Positions 50,229-62,931 of a stretch of DNA of 64,000 nt are shown in pieces (within the stretch, counting starts at the first letter, position 1; every line of letters starts with the position of its first letter). The stretch covers positions 111,478,001-111,542,000 of the forward strand of contig NC_045696.1 of NCBI RefSeq assembly GCF_009834535.1. Direction: 5' to 3'. The notes below the pieces were generated by a model. That model was not told the origin of the DNA and did no database searches. It was given only the letters and a program-made list of their open reading frames with translations. This stretch comes from Camelus ferus. Its lineage: Eukaryota. A program made the translations under genes and the position numbers.

Positions 50229-50823
50229 TCAGCAGGTGAAACAGATGCTTTTTTGAGAACAACCTCCACTAGGAATTGAGCTCTGTTTGATACATTGTAT
50301 CCCTTACTACTGGGTGAAACATATTTCCTAAGACCTTATTTCCTTTTTTTATTTCTTCATCACTCCCCAGATCACTTGTTAAGAGAATGCCATCATTTGC
50401 CCACCTGAAGTGATCAGAGTCAGCTCTCAAGCACGTCTCCAGTAAAAGGGACTTAGACAAAGCCATGACTCTTTAGGAGCTATTTCCATATTCCCTTTAT
50501 GCATACTCATGATCCTTAGCATCTGATTATGTGGCTCGTTTTCCTGGGTGGTCAGCCTCATCTTTTATGTGTATGTATTCAGCTCTAAGCTCACTCCTCA
50601 GGGTTTTATCTTCTGTCATATACCTGGCCTCAGGAGATTTCTAAGCAATTAATTTATTTAGCAAACATATATTGTGCACGTCCTATGGGTAAGACCAGGC
50701 AAGGAGCTGAGGATATATATATAAATGAACCACTGCAGGAACACAACACAGGACACAACAAGAGCGTGAGCTGTAAGCCAGGGTAGCAGAGAAACAGCAC
50801 ATTTCATCAGAAACTGAACTTTG

Positions 50824-51435
50824 AATTAGAGTTCCTCTAATCCGAAAATACCTGCACCCCAGTGTGCATAGCAGCACTATATACAATAGCCAAGACATGG
50901 AAGCAACATAAATGTCCATCGGCAGATGACTGGATAAAGAAGCTGTGGTATATTTATACAATGGAATACTACTCAGCCATAAAAAAGAATAAAATAATGC
51001 CATTTGCAGCAACATGGATGGACCTAGAGGTCATCATTCGAAGTGAAGTAAGCCAGAAAGAGAAAGAAAAATACGACATGATATCACCCATATGTGGAAT
51101 CTTAAAAAAAGAGAAAAGACTAATAAACTCATCTACAAAATAGGAACAGAATCACAGAGATAGCAAACAATTTTATGGTTACCAGGGAAATGGGGTTGGA
51201 AGGGATAGATCTGGGAGTTTGAAATTTACAGATGTTAACTACTATATATAAAATAAATTTTAAAAATAAATTTCTTCTGTATAGCACAGGGAACTGTATT
51301 CAATATTTTGTAATAACCTTTAGTGAAAAAGAATATGAAAACGAATATATGTATACATGTGTACTACTGGGGCAATTCACTGTATACCAAAAATTGACAC
51401 ATTGTAACTGATTGTATTTCAATTGAAAAAAAAAA
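50824..51435 (+). mobile_element. 5'-truncated young LINE-1 with short 5' inversion
   Basis: ORF2 C-terminus ([18 protein letters not shown]...WIKKLWYIYTMEYYSAIKKN), 3'UTR and A-tail; 15-bp TSD agaaactgaactttg (50809-50823) / agaaactaaactttg (51436-51450). Confidence 0.97.
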
Positions 51436-52519
51436 AGAAACTAAACTTTGTGGGCCCTTCACTCCTGTTCAATGCCAAGGCTGCACACCTGGAAAAAGGT
51501 GGAGCTCATGATCTCAGATGCCATGCCCAGACAGACATGACCTGATGGGCACAGGCTTCATTCCTGGCTGGAGAGCGGCCTAAGAAGACAGTGGGGTAGG
51601 GGGCACGTTCTCAAGGATTTGGCTGCTAAACAAATCACAAAGAACCATCATACAGGGTCAAAGGACAGCCTACATATTTCTTTGCCTATCTGGATCTTAG
51701 TTTCAAGGTTGTCACAAATGATTCCTCAGATGTGAAAGGGATTTATGACCGTTCACTCATGATGATTACTGAGAAATTCTCTGACAGCACAGGGGACGAA
51801 GACTGAGCTGTGGAAGTAACCTCACTGTGCCCTTTATTCACCCTTCACGCTCCACACTTTGATTTCACACTGTGACCGTCTTTGATAGTGCAATGGTTAT
51901 TCTTGTTTTTATTGTGGTTGCTTTTTGTAAAGGAGTAAGAATTTGTTTTCTGTTTTCTTGCTTTGAAATAACAACTCCTTGCAGTATATTTAATAAACAT
52001 CAAATTAAATTGATAGAGGGACTGCAACACGGAACATTTTTTTTTGGAAATTACAAGTTTAGGAATCCTTAGGCTAAGATGACAAGAAACCCTGAGGCTA
52101 ATCCACAGAGAGGCCTGCTCCTTAAATTAACCACAGCCAAATGTCTACAGGACTGTTTTTATAAACAGTATAAATCTTGGATAGTACAATTAAGGACTCA
52201 AAGCTGTTTGTCAGTGTGCTTGATGGAGACATGCAACCTTCTGGTTCTAACCAGAACTTGAGAAGCAAGTACCGATAGGATTTACAGAAAGCAAGACACC
52301 ATCCTGTGTGCCAACAGGATCCGTTTCTTCTCTATCCGGTCCAGCATGAAAATTAACATGGCATCACTCAGCTTCTGCTGAACTCTGGTAAACTCTAAGT
52401 GCCACCCATAAGACCCCCAAACATTGTTACAGTATCGACCAAAGTCCAAAAGGTGAATTTTGGACGTGTCGGTAAACCATAAAAAATCTTCATTATTTCT
52501 GTTATGTTTGTTTGGTTTC

Positions 52520-53275
52520 CCCCAGAAAAAAATTATTTACATTCAGGACCTCAGAGATAAGGACTCGAGTGTAGGAAGGTTATTTAGGACACAAAGAAAA
52601 CTCCTACAGGGGAGTATGAAGTGATGGGGTAGGGGAAGGCAGCAGACAAGAGGATTCTAAAGGAAGCTACCTCCCTGGGTGACCAGACCTTACTCCTAGG
52701 GAGAAACTCCAGGAACCAGTACAATATTCATATCAAAGAATTTTCCCACCTTCAGTGTTACGCTTAAGTTGAATTATGTCCCCTAAAAGAGATGCTGAAG
52801 TCCTAACCCCAGTACCTCAGAGGGTGACCTTATTTGGGAATAGGGTCATTGCAGGTGTAATTAGTAAATATGTAGCCATACTAGAGTAGGGTGGGCCACT
52901 GATCCAATAGAGCTGGTGTCATTACAAGAAGACGATACGAAGATACAAGGAAGAATGTCATGTGAAGATGGAGACAGAGGTGGAAGTGATATGCTACAAG
53001 CCTAAGAATGCCCAGGGTTACTGGCAACCAGCAGAAGTGGGGACGGGGCAAGAAAGGTTCCTACTTGGAGTCTCAGAGGGAGCACAGCCCCACCAACTTC
53101 TTGATCTTGAACTTGCAGCCTCCGGAATTGTGAAGACTAAATTTCTGTTGTTTTAAGGCTCCCAGTTTATTGTCTTTTGTGATGGAAGTCCTAGGAAATT
53201 GAAATACTCCATATGGGGTCCGAGGTACTTACACACTACGATCGGTCAGAGCTTGAGGGCTGCTCAAACAATGGC
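52520..53275 (-). mobile_element. Old ERVL-type LTR (LTR16-related) interrupted by MLT1C
   Basis: agagataaggactcgagtgtaggaaggttatttagga...gggagtatgaagtga...ggaaggcagc; the right-hand continuation is weak. Confidence 0.45.
52756..53206 (+). mobile_element. MaLR solo LTR (MLT1C-like)
   Basis: gttgaattatgtcccc...gaagtcctaacccc...gtgaccttatttgggaatagggtc...gcctccggaattgtga...aaatttctgttgttttaag. Confidence 0.92.
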
Positions 53276-53399
53276 GAATGAGACTCAAGTCTACATTTTT
53301 TGAATTTCACACACAGGCTGAGCAGCCTTTCTAGGCTCCAGAAAAGTCCTCAGGCATAGAGATACAGATACAGCGGGCGAGAGCTCACTGAGCACACTG

Positions 53400-53760
53400 A
53401 CGCAGTCTAAGAGGCACGGGCTGGCTTCCACTTCTGCCTTGCCTATACGATCAAGCCCAACTCTCTCCCAGTAAAAGAAGAAGAGCAATTTGAAGCCTGG
53501 GAGGGACTCAGTGAGCTCTTGCTGGTTTGAAGACAGAGGGGCAGCTGCCTCTAGAAGCCGTGGGTAGCCCCCTGTGCATGGCCAACAAGGAAACAGTGAA
53601 ACAGATTCTGCCAACAACCTGAACGAACTTGGAAACAGATGTTCCCCTCAAGCCTCCAGGTAAATGCTAGCTGGCCAACGCCTTGACTCTGGCTTTTTGA
53701 GGACTTCTGAGGCCACTAAGTGTTGGTGTGGTTTGCAGTGCACCGCAGGTCACCGAAACA
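53400..53760 (+). mobile_element. MaLR LTR (MLT1E-like), partial
   Basis: ttgctggtttgaaga...gcctctagaagc...gccaacaaggaaac...attctgccaacaacctgaacgaacttggaa. Confidence 0.78.
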
Positions 53761-54554
53761 AGGCTTACCCCTTTGTTCACCGTTGGAATACTTCCCCCAG
53801 ATTAGGCACATTGCATGCATTAGCTCTGTCTTTACAACAACCTTGAAAAGTCCGTCCTGTATAATTTTCCCCATTTCACCGATAAGGAAATGTCTTCACA
53901 GAGGTTGAGCAACTCATATATATTTACCACCAATGTCCCCAATGTCCCCATTATTTCTACTCCTGCCTTTTAATGATAAAACAATACTTGAACCTCTGCT
54001 TTTGTAAGGTCATTTCCCAGTTGGTGCCATGTAAAGGAATTCTGGCACAGCCATTGACAAGGGCTGGGCTTCTTGCCCTCTTAGGAAGGCAAGCGTCACT
54101 GCTGTAAGGCTTCGGTAGGCAAATGCCCAGAAGCATGCTGCCCTCTCCAGGAAAGCGGAGGGGAGCAGGTGCCCTAGGGGGGGGGCAAGAGTCCGCCTAC
54201 CACTCACCATATGTCAAGCGGTGACAGGTCAGCATTTGCCCAAGAGGTAAGCATTCTCAAAGTTGTCACCTGGGAGCATATGGCCATGGGGATAGAAGAA
54301 AATGCCCCACTAACATGCCAGGTGTTCAGTACCACTTGCCAAAAATATGTATTGTTTATGAGAGCTTTTAATTTCTGGAGGAAGGTGGAGAGGCATTTTT
54401 TCCCCTAGGGAACTTTGTGGAACCACTCTGTTATACTCAATAAGCTGCAACAAATACATACGGGTAAAATCTCTACAGTAGTGGGATTGTTCCATACTCT
54501 TAAAAATATGGCCCCAGATTATAACGTATTCTCTAGAATGTCGTCAACCTGGGA

Positions 54555-54975
54555 ACCAAAATGAAAAAATAGGCCAAAGAGTAGAACAAACACTTCACAA
54601 AAGCAGGAATCCATGTGGCCAAGGGACATATGAAAAGGTGTTCAATTCATTAGGCAGCTGGGAAATGCAAATTGAAAGTCTGATGAGACACCATTGAGAA
54701 TCTACCAAAACGGCTAAAATGAGAAGCACATTTTACATTGATATTGTAAATCAGTTGTTGACAAATCGGTATCAACTGTTGACAAGCGTGGGGCCTGACC
54801 GGAAATCTCAAATACTGCTGATGAAAGGAGAGTGAGTTAGTATTCTGGGTAAGCTTTAGCATCATTTACCAAATTGGAATGCACCTTTACCATATGAATT
54901 AATGATTTCACTGTCTGGTGTGTGTGCCTATGTTACCAAAAGACATGTAAAAGAGTGCTCACATATACATGAGTT
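54555..54975 (+). mobile_element. Old L1 ORF2-end fragment
   Basis: aacacttcacaaaag...catatgaaaaggtgttcaattcattag...gggaaatgcaaattgaaa. Confidence 0.8.
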
Positions 54976-55099
54976 GTAATGCAATGCTTGAAAATTAGCG
55001 CTCGGTGGATGGGACCTAGTCAGGAGGCTCAGGTTCCTGTCTTGCCCCAGCACATGCTCTGATGTGATGTGCTGGGTTCCTGATGCAAGTCAGCCCATT

Positions 55100-55285
55100 G
55101 GGATTAGCGCACTGGCTCTACCATTTTAGTAGCTATGTGGCTTTGAACAAGTCACTTAGACATCAGTTCTGTTTTTAAAACAGAGGCCATAGCAATATCT
55201 ATTCCATAAGGTTATAGGAGCTCGTTATGTTAACATAGAGACAGCAGTTAAAAGAGTGTCCAGCACGTGGGAAATGCTCCATCAG
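55100..55285 (+). mobile_element. MIR SINE
   Basis: ctggctctaccattttagtagctatgtggctttgaacaagtcactta. Confidence 0.8.
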
Positions 55286-55458
55286 TGTGCTCCCTACCAA
55301 GTCTCCCTCTCCGCGTCTGTACATCTGTATGCACTGCTGTGTGTTAGGTGTACTCAGGTCAGCTCAGCTAGGGTGGACTTCAGATGAGCACTTCAGTCCA
55401 CGGACTGGTAAACAAACAGTGATACTCTTAAAATCAAATCAGTTAATTGATAGATGCT

Positions 55459-55740
55459 GATAGAAAACAAATTTATGGTTACCAGAGGGGAAAGGGGGTA
55501 GGGTGGGATAAATTGGGAGTTTGGGATTTGTAGATACTAACTACTGTAAATGAAACAGGTAAACAACAGGTCATACTGTATAGCACAGGGAACTCTATTT
55601 AATACCTTGTAATGTCCTATAATGAAAAAGAATATGAAATGGAATACACACACACACACACACACACACAAATGAATCACTATGCTGCACACCAGAAATT
55701 AACACAACATTGTAAATCAACTATACTTCAATTTAAAAAT
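55459..55740 (+). mobile_element. Very short LINE-1 3'UTR insertion with internal (CA)n
   Basis: ttatggttaccagaggggaaaggg...tgtatagcacagggaact...gtaaatcaactatacttcaat; attgatagat repeated on both flanks (55446-55455 / 55747-55756). Confidence 0.92.
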
Positions 55741-56609
55741 AAGCAGATTGATAGATATTAACATTAATAGGTGACAGGAATAACTTTATAAGGATGTATG
55801 CATTTCTGAGTATACGTATCTTTTTAAATTTTTTAAATTAAGCTTGGAGTGTTGATATTGTGCTTAATTAAGCACATGCTATTTTGAACTCAATATAGTC
55901 CAGAAAATATTTATATTAATTGTATGCATAGATGAACAGTTGTTTAATCACACTTTCCCTTAATTTTTAGCTTCACTAATTTAATCAAAGGTTGAAAAGT
56001 TTAAAGGAGTGTAAAACATGTATGGTAAGCTTGCGACCTTAGAAAGATAAAATAGATCACAGAAATTATATAAAAGAAGGTGGGTAGATAGCATTAAAGA
56101 AAAATTGGAAGGAAGAATAAAAGAGAAATACACTTGGATAAACCCAATAAAAATGCTAAAGATAAATGGTCAACAAGCTATCTTAATATGGAAAAGCATA
56201 ATATGGGTTTTTTGTTGTTGTTGTTGGTTTCAACTATGCACCCTGCATTCTCTCTCATAAAACATGCCTTTAATATTCATTTCTAGGTCTTGAGCCTTTC
56301 CAATAACCATCAAAAGTGACAGGGACAGAGTTTTGAAAAAATCCATTTACTTTCCAAGATAATGTTAATATTTTGCTCCCCTAGGGATCCCAGCATCAGA
56401 GAAAAGAAGGCCCTGGACAACAGCTGGGCAGCAGCTGCGGAGACCCGTCCCAGATGGAGGAGGAGGACGCGGGACTTGCACAGACCTCCTCGGAGACAAC
56501 AGAGGTGACAGGTGGCTGCTGGGCTGGGCTGGGGAGAAGTTTTACACCAAGGGCAGGGACAGGGTGGGGGTCGGGAAGCACAGAAGTCGTGACAGCAAAA
56601 GATTAAGCA

Positions 56610-57082
56610 ACAGGAAAAATGGAGGAATTATTGAAACTCCAGGAGAACATAACTGGGGATAGAAGAAGGGAAGTGCAATCATGTTATGCAATTTGGCTCA
56701 GCTGGGAGTCATATTTAGAGATATAATAATGGAAGCACGATATTGATTTAACTAACACTGTGATCTGACTATGCTGTATTAGGAGAGGTGAGGAGGGAGA
56801 CACAATGAGAGGGACAAAGAGAGAACATGTGTGTGTCTCAGTCTGGGTTAAGAACAGTAGGTAAGAAAACTAAGTTCTCTCAATAGAAAACCAAAAGGTA
56901 GCAGTAAAATTCTATTACACGTGGAGGTAAATATCCAAAGAAAATCTAAGCGCTGATGTTAGCTAGACACAGAGGTGAGAATGGGAAGATTTGAGGGTAT
57001 TGCATTATTAGATTTGCAATATTATTTGATTTCAAAACTATGTACGTATATTACTCTGAAAAAAAAATACTAAATTAAAAAG
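56610..57082 (+). mobile_element. Ancient L1 (L1MC-like) 3' end
   Basis: gtggaggtaaata...tatttgatttcaaaactatgtacgtatattactctga followed by an A-rich end. Confidence 0.5.
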
Positions 57083-58093
57083 GGATTAAATTTGGACTCA
57101 TTGAGTTTTTAGTCTGAAAAGAACAATACGGCTGGTAATGTTCATAATAAGATAAATAATCCATTTGGCTCCACTGGATGGCTTATAGGATTCTCATAAA
57201 AGCATGGTCACCAGGTCCCCAGCTGATGAAAGCCTGCCAGGATTAAGGTACAAGAAGGGTACATCATGTTTTTATTTAAGGACAAATGATATATTCAAAA
57301 TTTAAGAATGTAATGGCACTGAGTAATATAATTTGACAAGATTTTTAGATTCTATTTGTTTTCCCAGAGTAGCCCCTGAGGTCTTGGCCATCCTTAACAA
57401 TTTTTACTTCACTTGAATATTTTATGAGATGAGCAAACCCCCTGGCTCTCTCTCCCAGACACCCTGAGAATGGACAGAACCTATTTCTCTATCTCACTCG
57501 CAGCCCAGGGCACACTTGTGGAAGCATCCTTGGCTGGGTTCTTAAGGGGCAGTGGGCTGCTGAGATGTGCCCATCGTGCCTCCTGCTCTGCACTGTGTCT
57601 GAAACGTGAGAAGGAGCATGAAAAGAAAGCAATGAAGATTTGCTTTCTGCTTTTCATCTTCCTTGCGTGCTCCCATGGTAGGAGAAACGGAACCTGCTTT
57701 CTTTTGAAGTCAGTTCATTAAGCTGATAACAAGACTAAAATGGCAGGGGACAAAGTCAGCAGGTCAAAGTCTGATTGGGGGATGAAAGAATCCTAGCTAG
57801 AATACTCGTTATTATCGCAAGACCCAAGTGGTAAGAAATGTAATGGATGAAAATTGGAGAGAAGTTAAAGGTTTTAGTAGTGTGAAAAAAGAATCAGGAG
57901 AAAATTTCAGAGTATGAGAAAAAATATTCAAAGGAGAAAGTAAAATAATCATGAGCCTAAAGCATGCATTGTGGTAACCCCCAGATATCAGGTCTACCCC
58001 CCCAACCCCAGCCCCTGGGCACGATCTCACGGAGCAAACCAGAGACACCTCAACTCCTTTGTCAAAGGTAATTTTCCAGATAAACCAGTTACA

Positions 58094-59013
58094 TTTTTTT
58101 TTTGTTATTTATTTATTTTTATTTTTCATTGATGTACAGTCAATTATAATGTGTCTATCTCTAGTGTACAGCACAATGTCCCAGTCATGCATATACATGC
58201 ATATATTCATTTTCATATTTTTTCCATTAAAGGTTATTGCAAGATATTGAACATAGTTCCTTATGCTATACAAGACAAACTTTTAAAATCTATTTTTATA
58301 TATAGTGGCTAACATTTGTGAATCTTAAACTCCCAGATTTATCCCCTCCCACCCCCTTTCCCCCGTAACCATAAGATTGTTTACTAAGTCTGTGAGTCTG
58401 TTTCTGTTTTGTAGATGAGTTCATAGTGTCCCTTTTTTTTTTTTTTTTAAGATACCACATATAAGTGATATCATATGGTATTTTTCCTTCTCTTTCTGGC
58501 TTACTTCACTTAGAATGATGATCTCGAGGTCCATCCATGTTTCTGCAAAAGGCATTATTTTATTCTTTTTTATGGCTGAGCAGTATCCCATTGTATAAAT
58601 ACACCACAGCTTCTTTATTCAGTCACCTGTCGATGGACATTTAAGTTGCTTCCATGTCTTGGCTATTGTAAATAGTGCTGCTATGAACATCGGGGTGCAG
58701 GTATATTTTCAAATTAGAGTTCCCTCTGGATATATGCCCAGGAGTGGGGTTGCTGGATCATATGGTAGGTCTATTTTTAGTTTTTAGAAGAATCTCCATA
58801 CTGTTTTCGAGAATGGCTGCACCAAACTGCATTCCTATCAGCATTGTAGGAGGGTTCCCTTTTCTCCACAGCCTCTCCAGCATTTGTCATTTGTGGACTT
58901 TTGAATGATGGCCATTCTGACTGGTGTGAGGTGATACCTCACTGCAGTTTTGATTTGCGTTTCTCTGATAATTAATGATACTGAGCATTTTTTTCATATG
59001 TCTATTGGCCATT
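58094..59013 (-). mobile_element. 5'-truncated young LINE-1
   Basis: T-tail then antisense 3'UTR/ORF2 end; closely similar to the 50824 copy (aattagagttccctctggatatatgccca). Confidence 0.96.
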
Positions 59014-59016
59014 CAT

Positions 59017-59608
59017 CTTTTTTTTAATTTCAGTTTTACTGGGGTATAATTGATAAATAAAATTTTAAGATATTTAAAATGTACATTGTGGTGATTTGAT
59101 GTAAATATACACTGTGGAAGGATTTCTCCCATCAAGTTAATTAACACATTCATCACCTCACATATTTATCTTTTTCTTGGGGTGGGGTGGTAAGAATATT
59201 TAAGTTTTACTCTATCATCAAATTTCAATTATACAGTAGAGTGTTATCAACTATAGGCACCATGTTTTACGTTAGATCCTCAGATCTTATTTATCTCATA
59301 GCCAAAACCTCTCCCTATTTTACCCACCCTCACCCCCAAGTCTGTGACACTTTTCTTCTCTGTTGCTATGAGTTTAACTTTTTCTCCACCAAATTCCACA
59401 TGTCAGTGATACCATGCAGCATTCGTCTTTCTTCACTTGGCTTGTTTCACTTAGCATTATGCCCTCAAGTTCCATCCATGTTGTTGCAAATGGCAGGATT
59501 CACTTCTTTCTCATGGCTGAATATTCCCTGGTATATATGCACCACATCTGCTTTATCCATTCCTCCACTGATAGATATTTAGGTTCTTTCCATGTCTTGG
59601 TTATTGTC
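59017..59608 (-). mobile_element. Older LINE-1 3' end directly abutting the previous L1
   Basis: Second T-tail and a different 3'UTR type (cccatcaagttaattaacaca...gtttcacttagcattatgccctcaagttccatccatgttgttgcaaatggcaggatt). Confidence 0.92.
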
Positions 59609-59689
59609 TTGTAGGTATTTATTTATCTTAGACAAAAGATTTACTTTTGGACAGTTCAGTCCAGTCTGAGTGCTACTCAGCAGCTTGGC

Positions 59690-59943
59690 CCAGAAGCTGT
59701 AGACAACTGCCCTCTCCTGGCTGCCATCTTGTGACCATGAGGGATCAGAAAGCCAACGTAGGAAAGCGAAATGTTGAAATCACAAAGAAAGATAATAGGA
59801 CTCTTAACAAACCATGCTCGAGACCTGCCTCACCTCTGGACTTTTTGGTAATGTGAGCCAATGACACATTGGCTTCTTCTATTGTTGAAGCCATTTGACT
59901 CCCATTTTGTTTTAACTGCCAGCAAAAGCTTCTAAGTGACACA
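59690..59943 (+). mobile_element. Old MaLR LTR (MLT1J/K-like)
   Basis: gccatcttgtgaccatgaggg...acctctggactt...atgtgagccaat...ttgaagccatttga. Confidence 0.7.
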
Positions 59944-61203
59944 GTATCTGAATGGATTAGATGCACAAAGAAGTCAAAGGGTGATGGAGTTTTGGACACT
60001 GGGACAGAGAACTGAATGCATTTGAAAATAATCTCATTCAAACAGAGTCCAGAAGACAATTAAAGAAAAAATTCAAGGCTGGAAGTGAGAAGATATTTGC
60101 TTAATTACAGTTTGGGGACAGCTTTTGTAAGGGGAACATTTCACCCCAATGAGAGTGCAGAGAAGAAAATTACTCATTGTTCTCAAGTTGGCAAAAGCTG
60201 AACTCTCTTGTCTAAGGATTATTGTTCTCTGTGATAGCTTCATAATATTCTCTTAACTTGCATACATATTTTTAAAGGCGTGTTTTTTCCCAGGAGCCTT
60301 AGAGGAAATAAATAAGGACAACAAGAGGATGCAGAGGGGGCTGTTTAGTGAAAGAAACAAAGTGTATACTTTCATACACACTCTGGATATGGCAGAATCT
60401 GGTATTTGCAACAGTCATTCTAAATGTTCAAGTTTGAACTTCTACATAAAATAATACAACCCAAATTAGCTGCTATGTCCTACTGAGAAAAACCCCCCAC
60501 TCCAGCCTTCTCTCTGAGATATAGAAGTTGGGTTAATCCATGGATTGGGTCTCTGCACTCCCCCCGCCCGCCCCTCCACCCCCTACCCCGCCACCACCCT
60601 CCCTCCGCACAGCCACAGCTCTCACTCACTTAGCACCTTTAGGATTCCATTTGTTTGCACAGATTAGATTATTCTATGGTAAGAGGACTTGATCTGTGTA
60701 CCAAAATTACACCTACACAGGTTGCTTTTAATTTGCAATTCAATACTAAATTATCCATTTCCTTTTACTTGAATTCCTGAATCAATGACCACAAAAAGAA
60801 TATCGCTCTTAAATTCAAGAGCTTAAATATAGCTCTTAAATTAAGCTATTAAGAAGAATAAGTCCATATGTTGAGAACTCACTGAATATGAAGTGTTTAT
60901 GAAAAACAAGGAACAGATTCTAGAGAGAAGAGAACTGACAGGGAATTCCAGAACATGAAAGGTAAAATACTGAAGGAATGACAACATTTCTTAAGACCAA
61001 GATGCACATTTTTTTCTCACTTTAGATCTCGGAAATTGAGCAGCATCTTACAATTGGCCAGGTGACTGTTATGATGAAGTCCTGGTGGCCTGTATGGCGT
61101 GAACCTAGTCACAGAGGCTCACGTCGTTAGCACTCCAGCAAGCTCTGTGAATGGTTGATCCTTCTTGTGTTCAGTTAAATGCCATCTAAAATGTCCTCCT
61201 GGT

Positions 61204-61607
61204 TGTGTTAGTCTGCTAGGGCTGTCAAAACAAAATACCACATACTGGGTGGCTTAAACAACAGAAATTTATGTCTCAAAGTTCTGGAGTCTAGACGTCC
61301 AAGATCAAGGGACCAGCAGGGTTGGTTTCTCTAGAGACTTGGCTGCAGACGGCTGCCTTCTTTCCGCGTCCTCACGTGATCTGTCCTCTGTGCACTGGCA
61401 TCCTTGGTGTCTCTCTTCTGAGTGTCCAAATCTCCTTTTATGAGGACATCACTCAGATTGGATTAAGGCCCACCCTAACAGCCTCATTTTACCTTAATCA
61501 GTTCCTTAAAGGTCTTATCTCCAAAACACAGTCACATTCTGAAGTCCTGGGGGTTAGGGCTTCAACATGCAAGTTTAGGATATGGGCACACAGTTCAGCC
61601 CATCACG
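61204..61607 (-). mobile_element. MaLR solo LTR (MLT1A/B-like)
   Basis: tgtgttagtctgctagggctg...tgggtggcttaaacaacagaaatttat...ttcagcccatcac; perfect 5-bp TSD ctggt (61199-61203 / 61608-61612). Confidence 0.95.
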
Positions 61608-61800
61608 CTGGTTGTTGTTTGAAAACCTTCAGTGGATTATTATGAAAGTGCCAACATCAAAGCTTGAAGAATGGATCTTAGGGAACAAAATCCAAGAGAC
61701 AACAGCAAAAAAACTCTTTAAGAAATGTTTCTTTCCAACACTTTGATAGCACAGAGGGCAATAATTTGGGGGAAAACTTTAAGGCGTTAAAGGTTTATGC

Positions 61801-62434
61801 TGTGGTTTGTCAGTTTTTCTTCCTAAGGGATAGATAATGAGATGTCTCCAGATCGGTGACGTCTGTGCAGGTGACTTACCTAGAGTTCTCAGCATCAGAC
61901 CCACCCGTAAGGACTCTGGGATGCTTGAGGTAGGCCGTGGGAACCTCAGACCCCACACTCCACCATCCCGGGTGTTTTGGTGGGCTCTGCCAATGGGAGC
62001 CTGGCAGGGAGCCTGACAGGTGGGAAGAGAGGAAAAAGGACTTCTTGCTGTTTCCAGTTCCAGTCAGCATCGCTAGGATAACAGAAGACAGTAGTAGCTT
62101 CAACCTCCAGACTCTTTTGGCAGTTCCAGAACCAGTCCACAGAGCAGGCGCCCGGACAGACGGCCAGCCACGCCCACATCAGCCACACTGTAACCCCCTC
62201 AGAAGTTCAAGCGCCAGCCACACAGGGCCAGGCCCCTAGGTTTGGTGAATCTCCCTCTTTTTATCCCCTGCTGTTGTAGCCGCTCACTGCCAGTTCTTTA
62301 TCTAGGTAACTTTGGCATCTACTTTTTGCACTTTGAGCCTTCCCACACCTTCATAACCAGTTTCTGTATTAAATTGCCTCAAATGGAAATACCTGGTATG
62401 GTTTACGTTTCCCCATATGGACCCTGACTAATAG
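61801..62434 (+). mobile_element. ERVL solo LTR (LTR33-like)
   Basis: gccaatgggagcctggcagg...ttcccacacct...tgtattaaatt...ggaccctgactaata. Confidence 0.75.
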
Positions 62435-62931
62435 AATGTCTTAGATGAAGTAAAGCACCTTGAAAATACTGAAGTGCATCTAAGTACTCTGTTTGTATCT
62501 GTTATATTTTTACTAACAAGTTTTCTATAAACCACTTTATTTAGACGCTTTGCCTCAATTATCCACTTCTTCAGTTTGGAGCTTGAGTTTATTTTCTGCA
62601 CACTCTTTTTAGTCTTTACAGTTTCACAATAACAGGCTAATTGGCTTTATATTATCTTTGTAGCTTCTAAACACCCTCATGTACTCAAAGCTTTATCTAT
62701 AAAAGGTGACCATATACAAAGGAATATATATACACACAGGTTCACCAAGGGTAAACTGTACCTTTATTTTGAAACTTTCTACGGAAGATAAATCTTGATA
62801 ATAGTGAAAGATACAATTTTGAAAATATTTATGAAAAAATATTTTTCTGCATATAAATTGCTGTGAATAAATTCATATGTTACTGGGGATAAGAGAACTT
62901 CCTACATTTAATGTTTCTCTCTCAAAAAGTT

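Larger units (their letters stand above)
60984..62460 (+). mobile_element. Kanga/MER104-type TcMar-Tc2 DNA transposon fossil carrying two LTR insertions
   Basis: aagatgcacatttttttctcac...gcatcttacaatt (MER104-like left end), transposase remnant KVPTSKLEEWILGNKIQETTAKKLFKKC at 61645-61728, weak right end gtcttagat near 62440. Confidence 0.7.

Noticed and set aside
60805..60845. Short inverted/direct repeats gctctt-aagagc-gctctt
   Set aside because: 6-bp stems in AT-rich DNA are too short to imply function.
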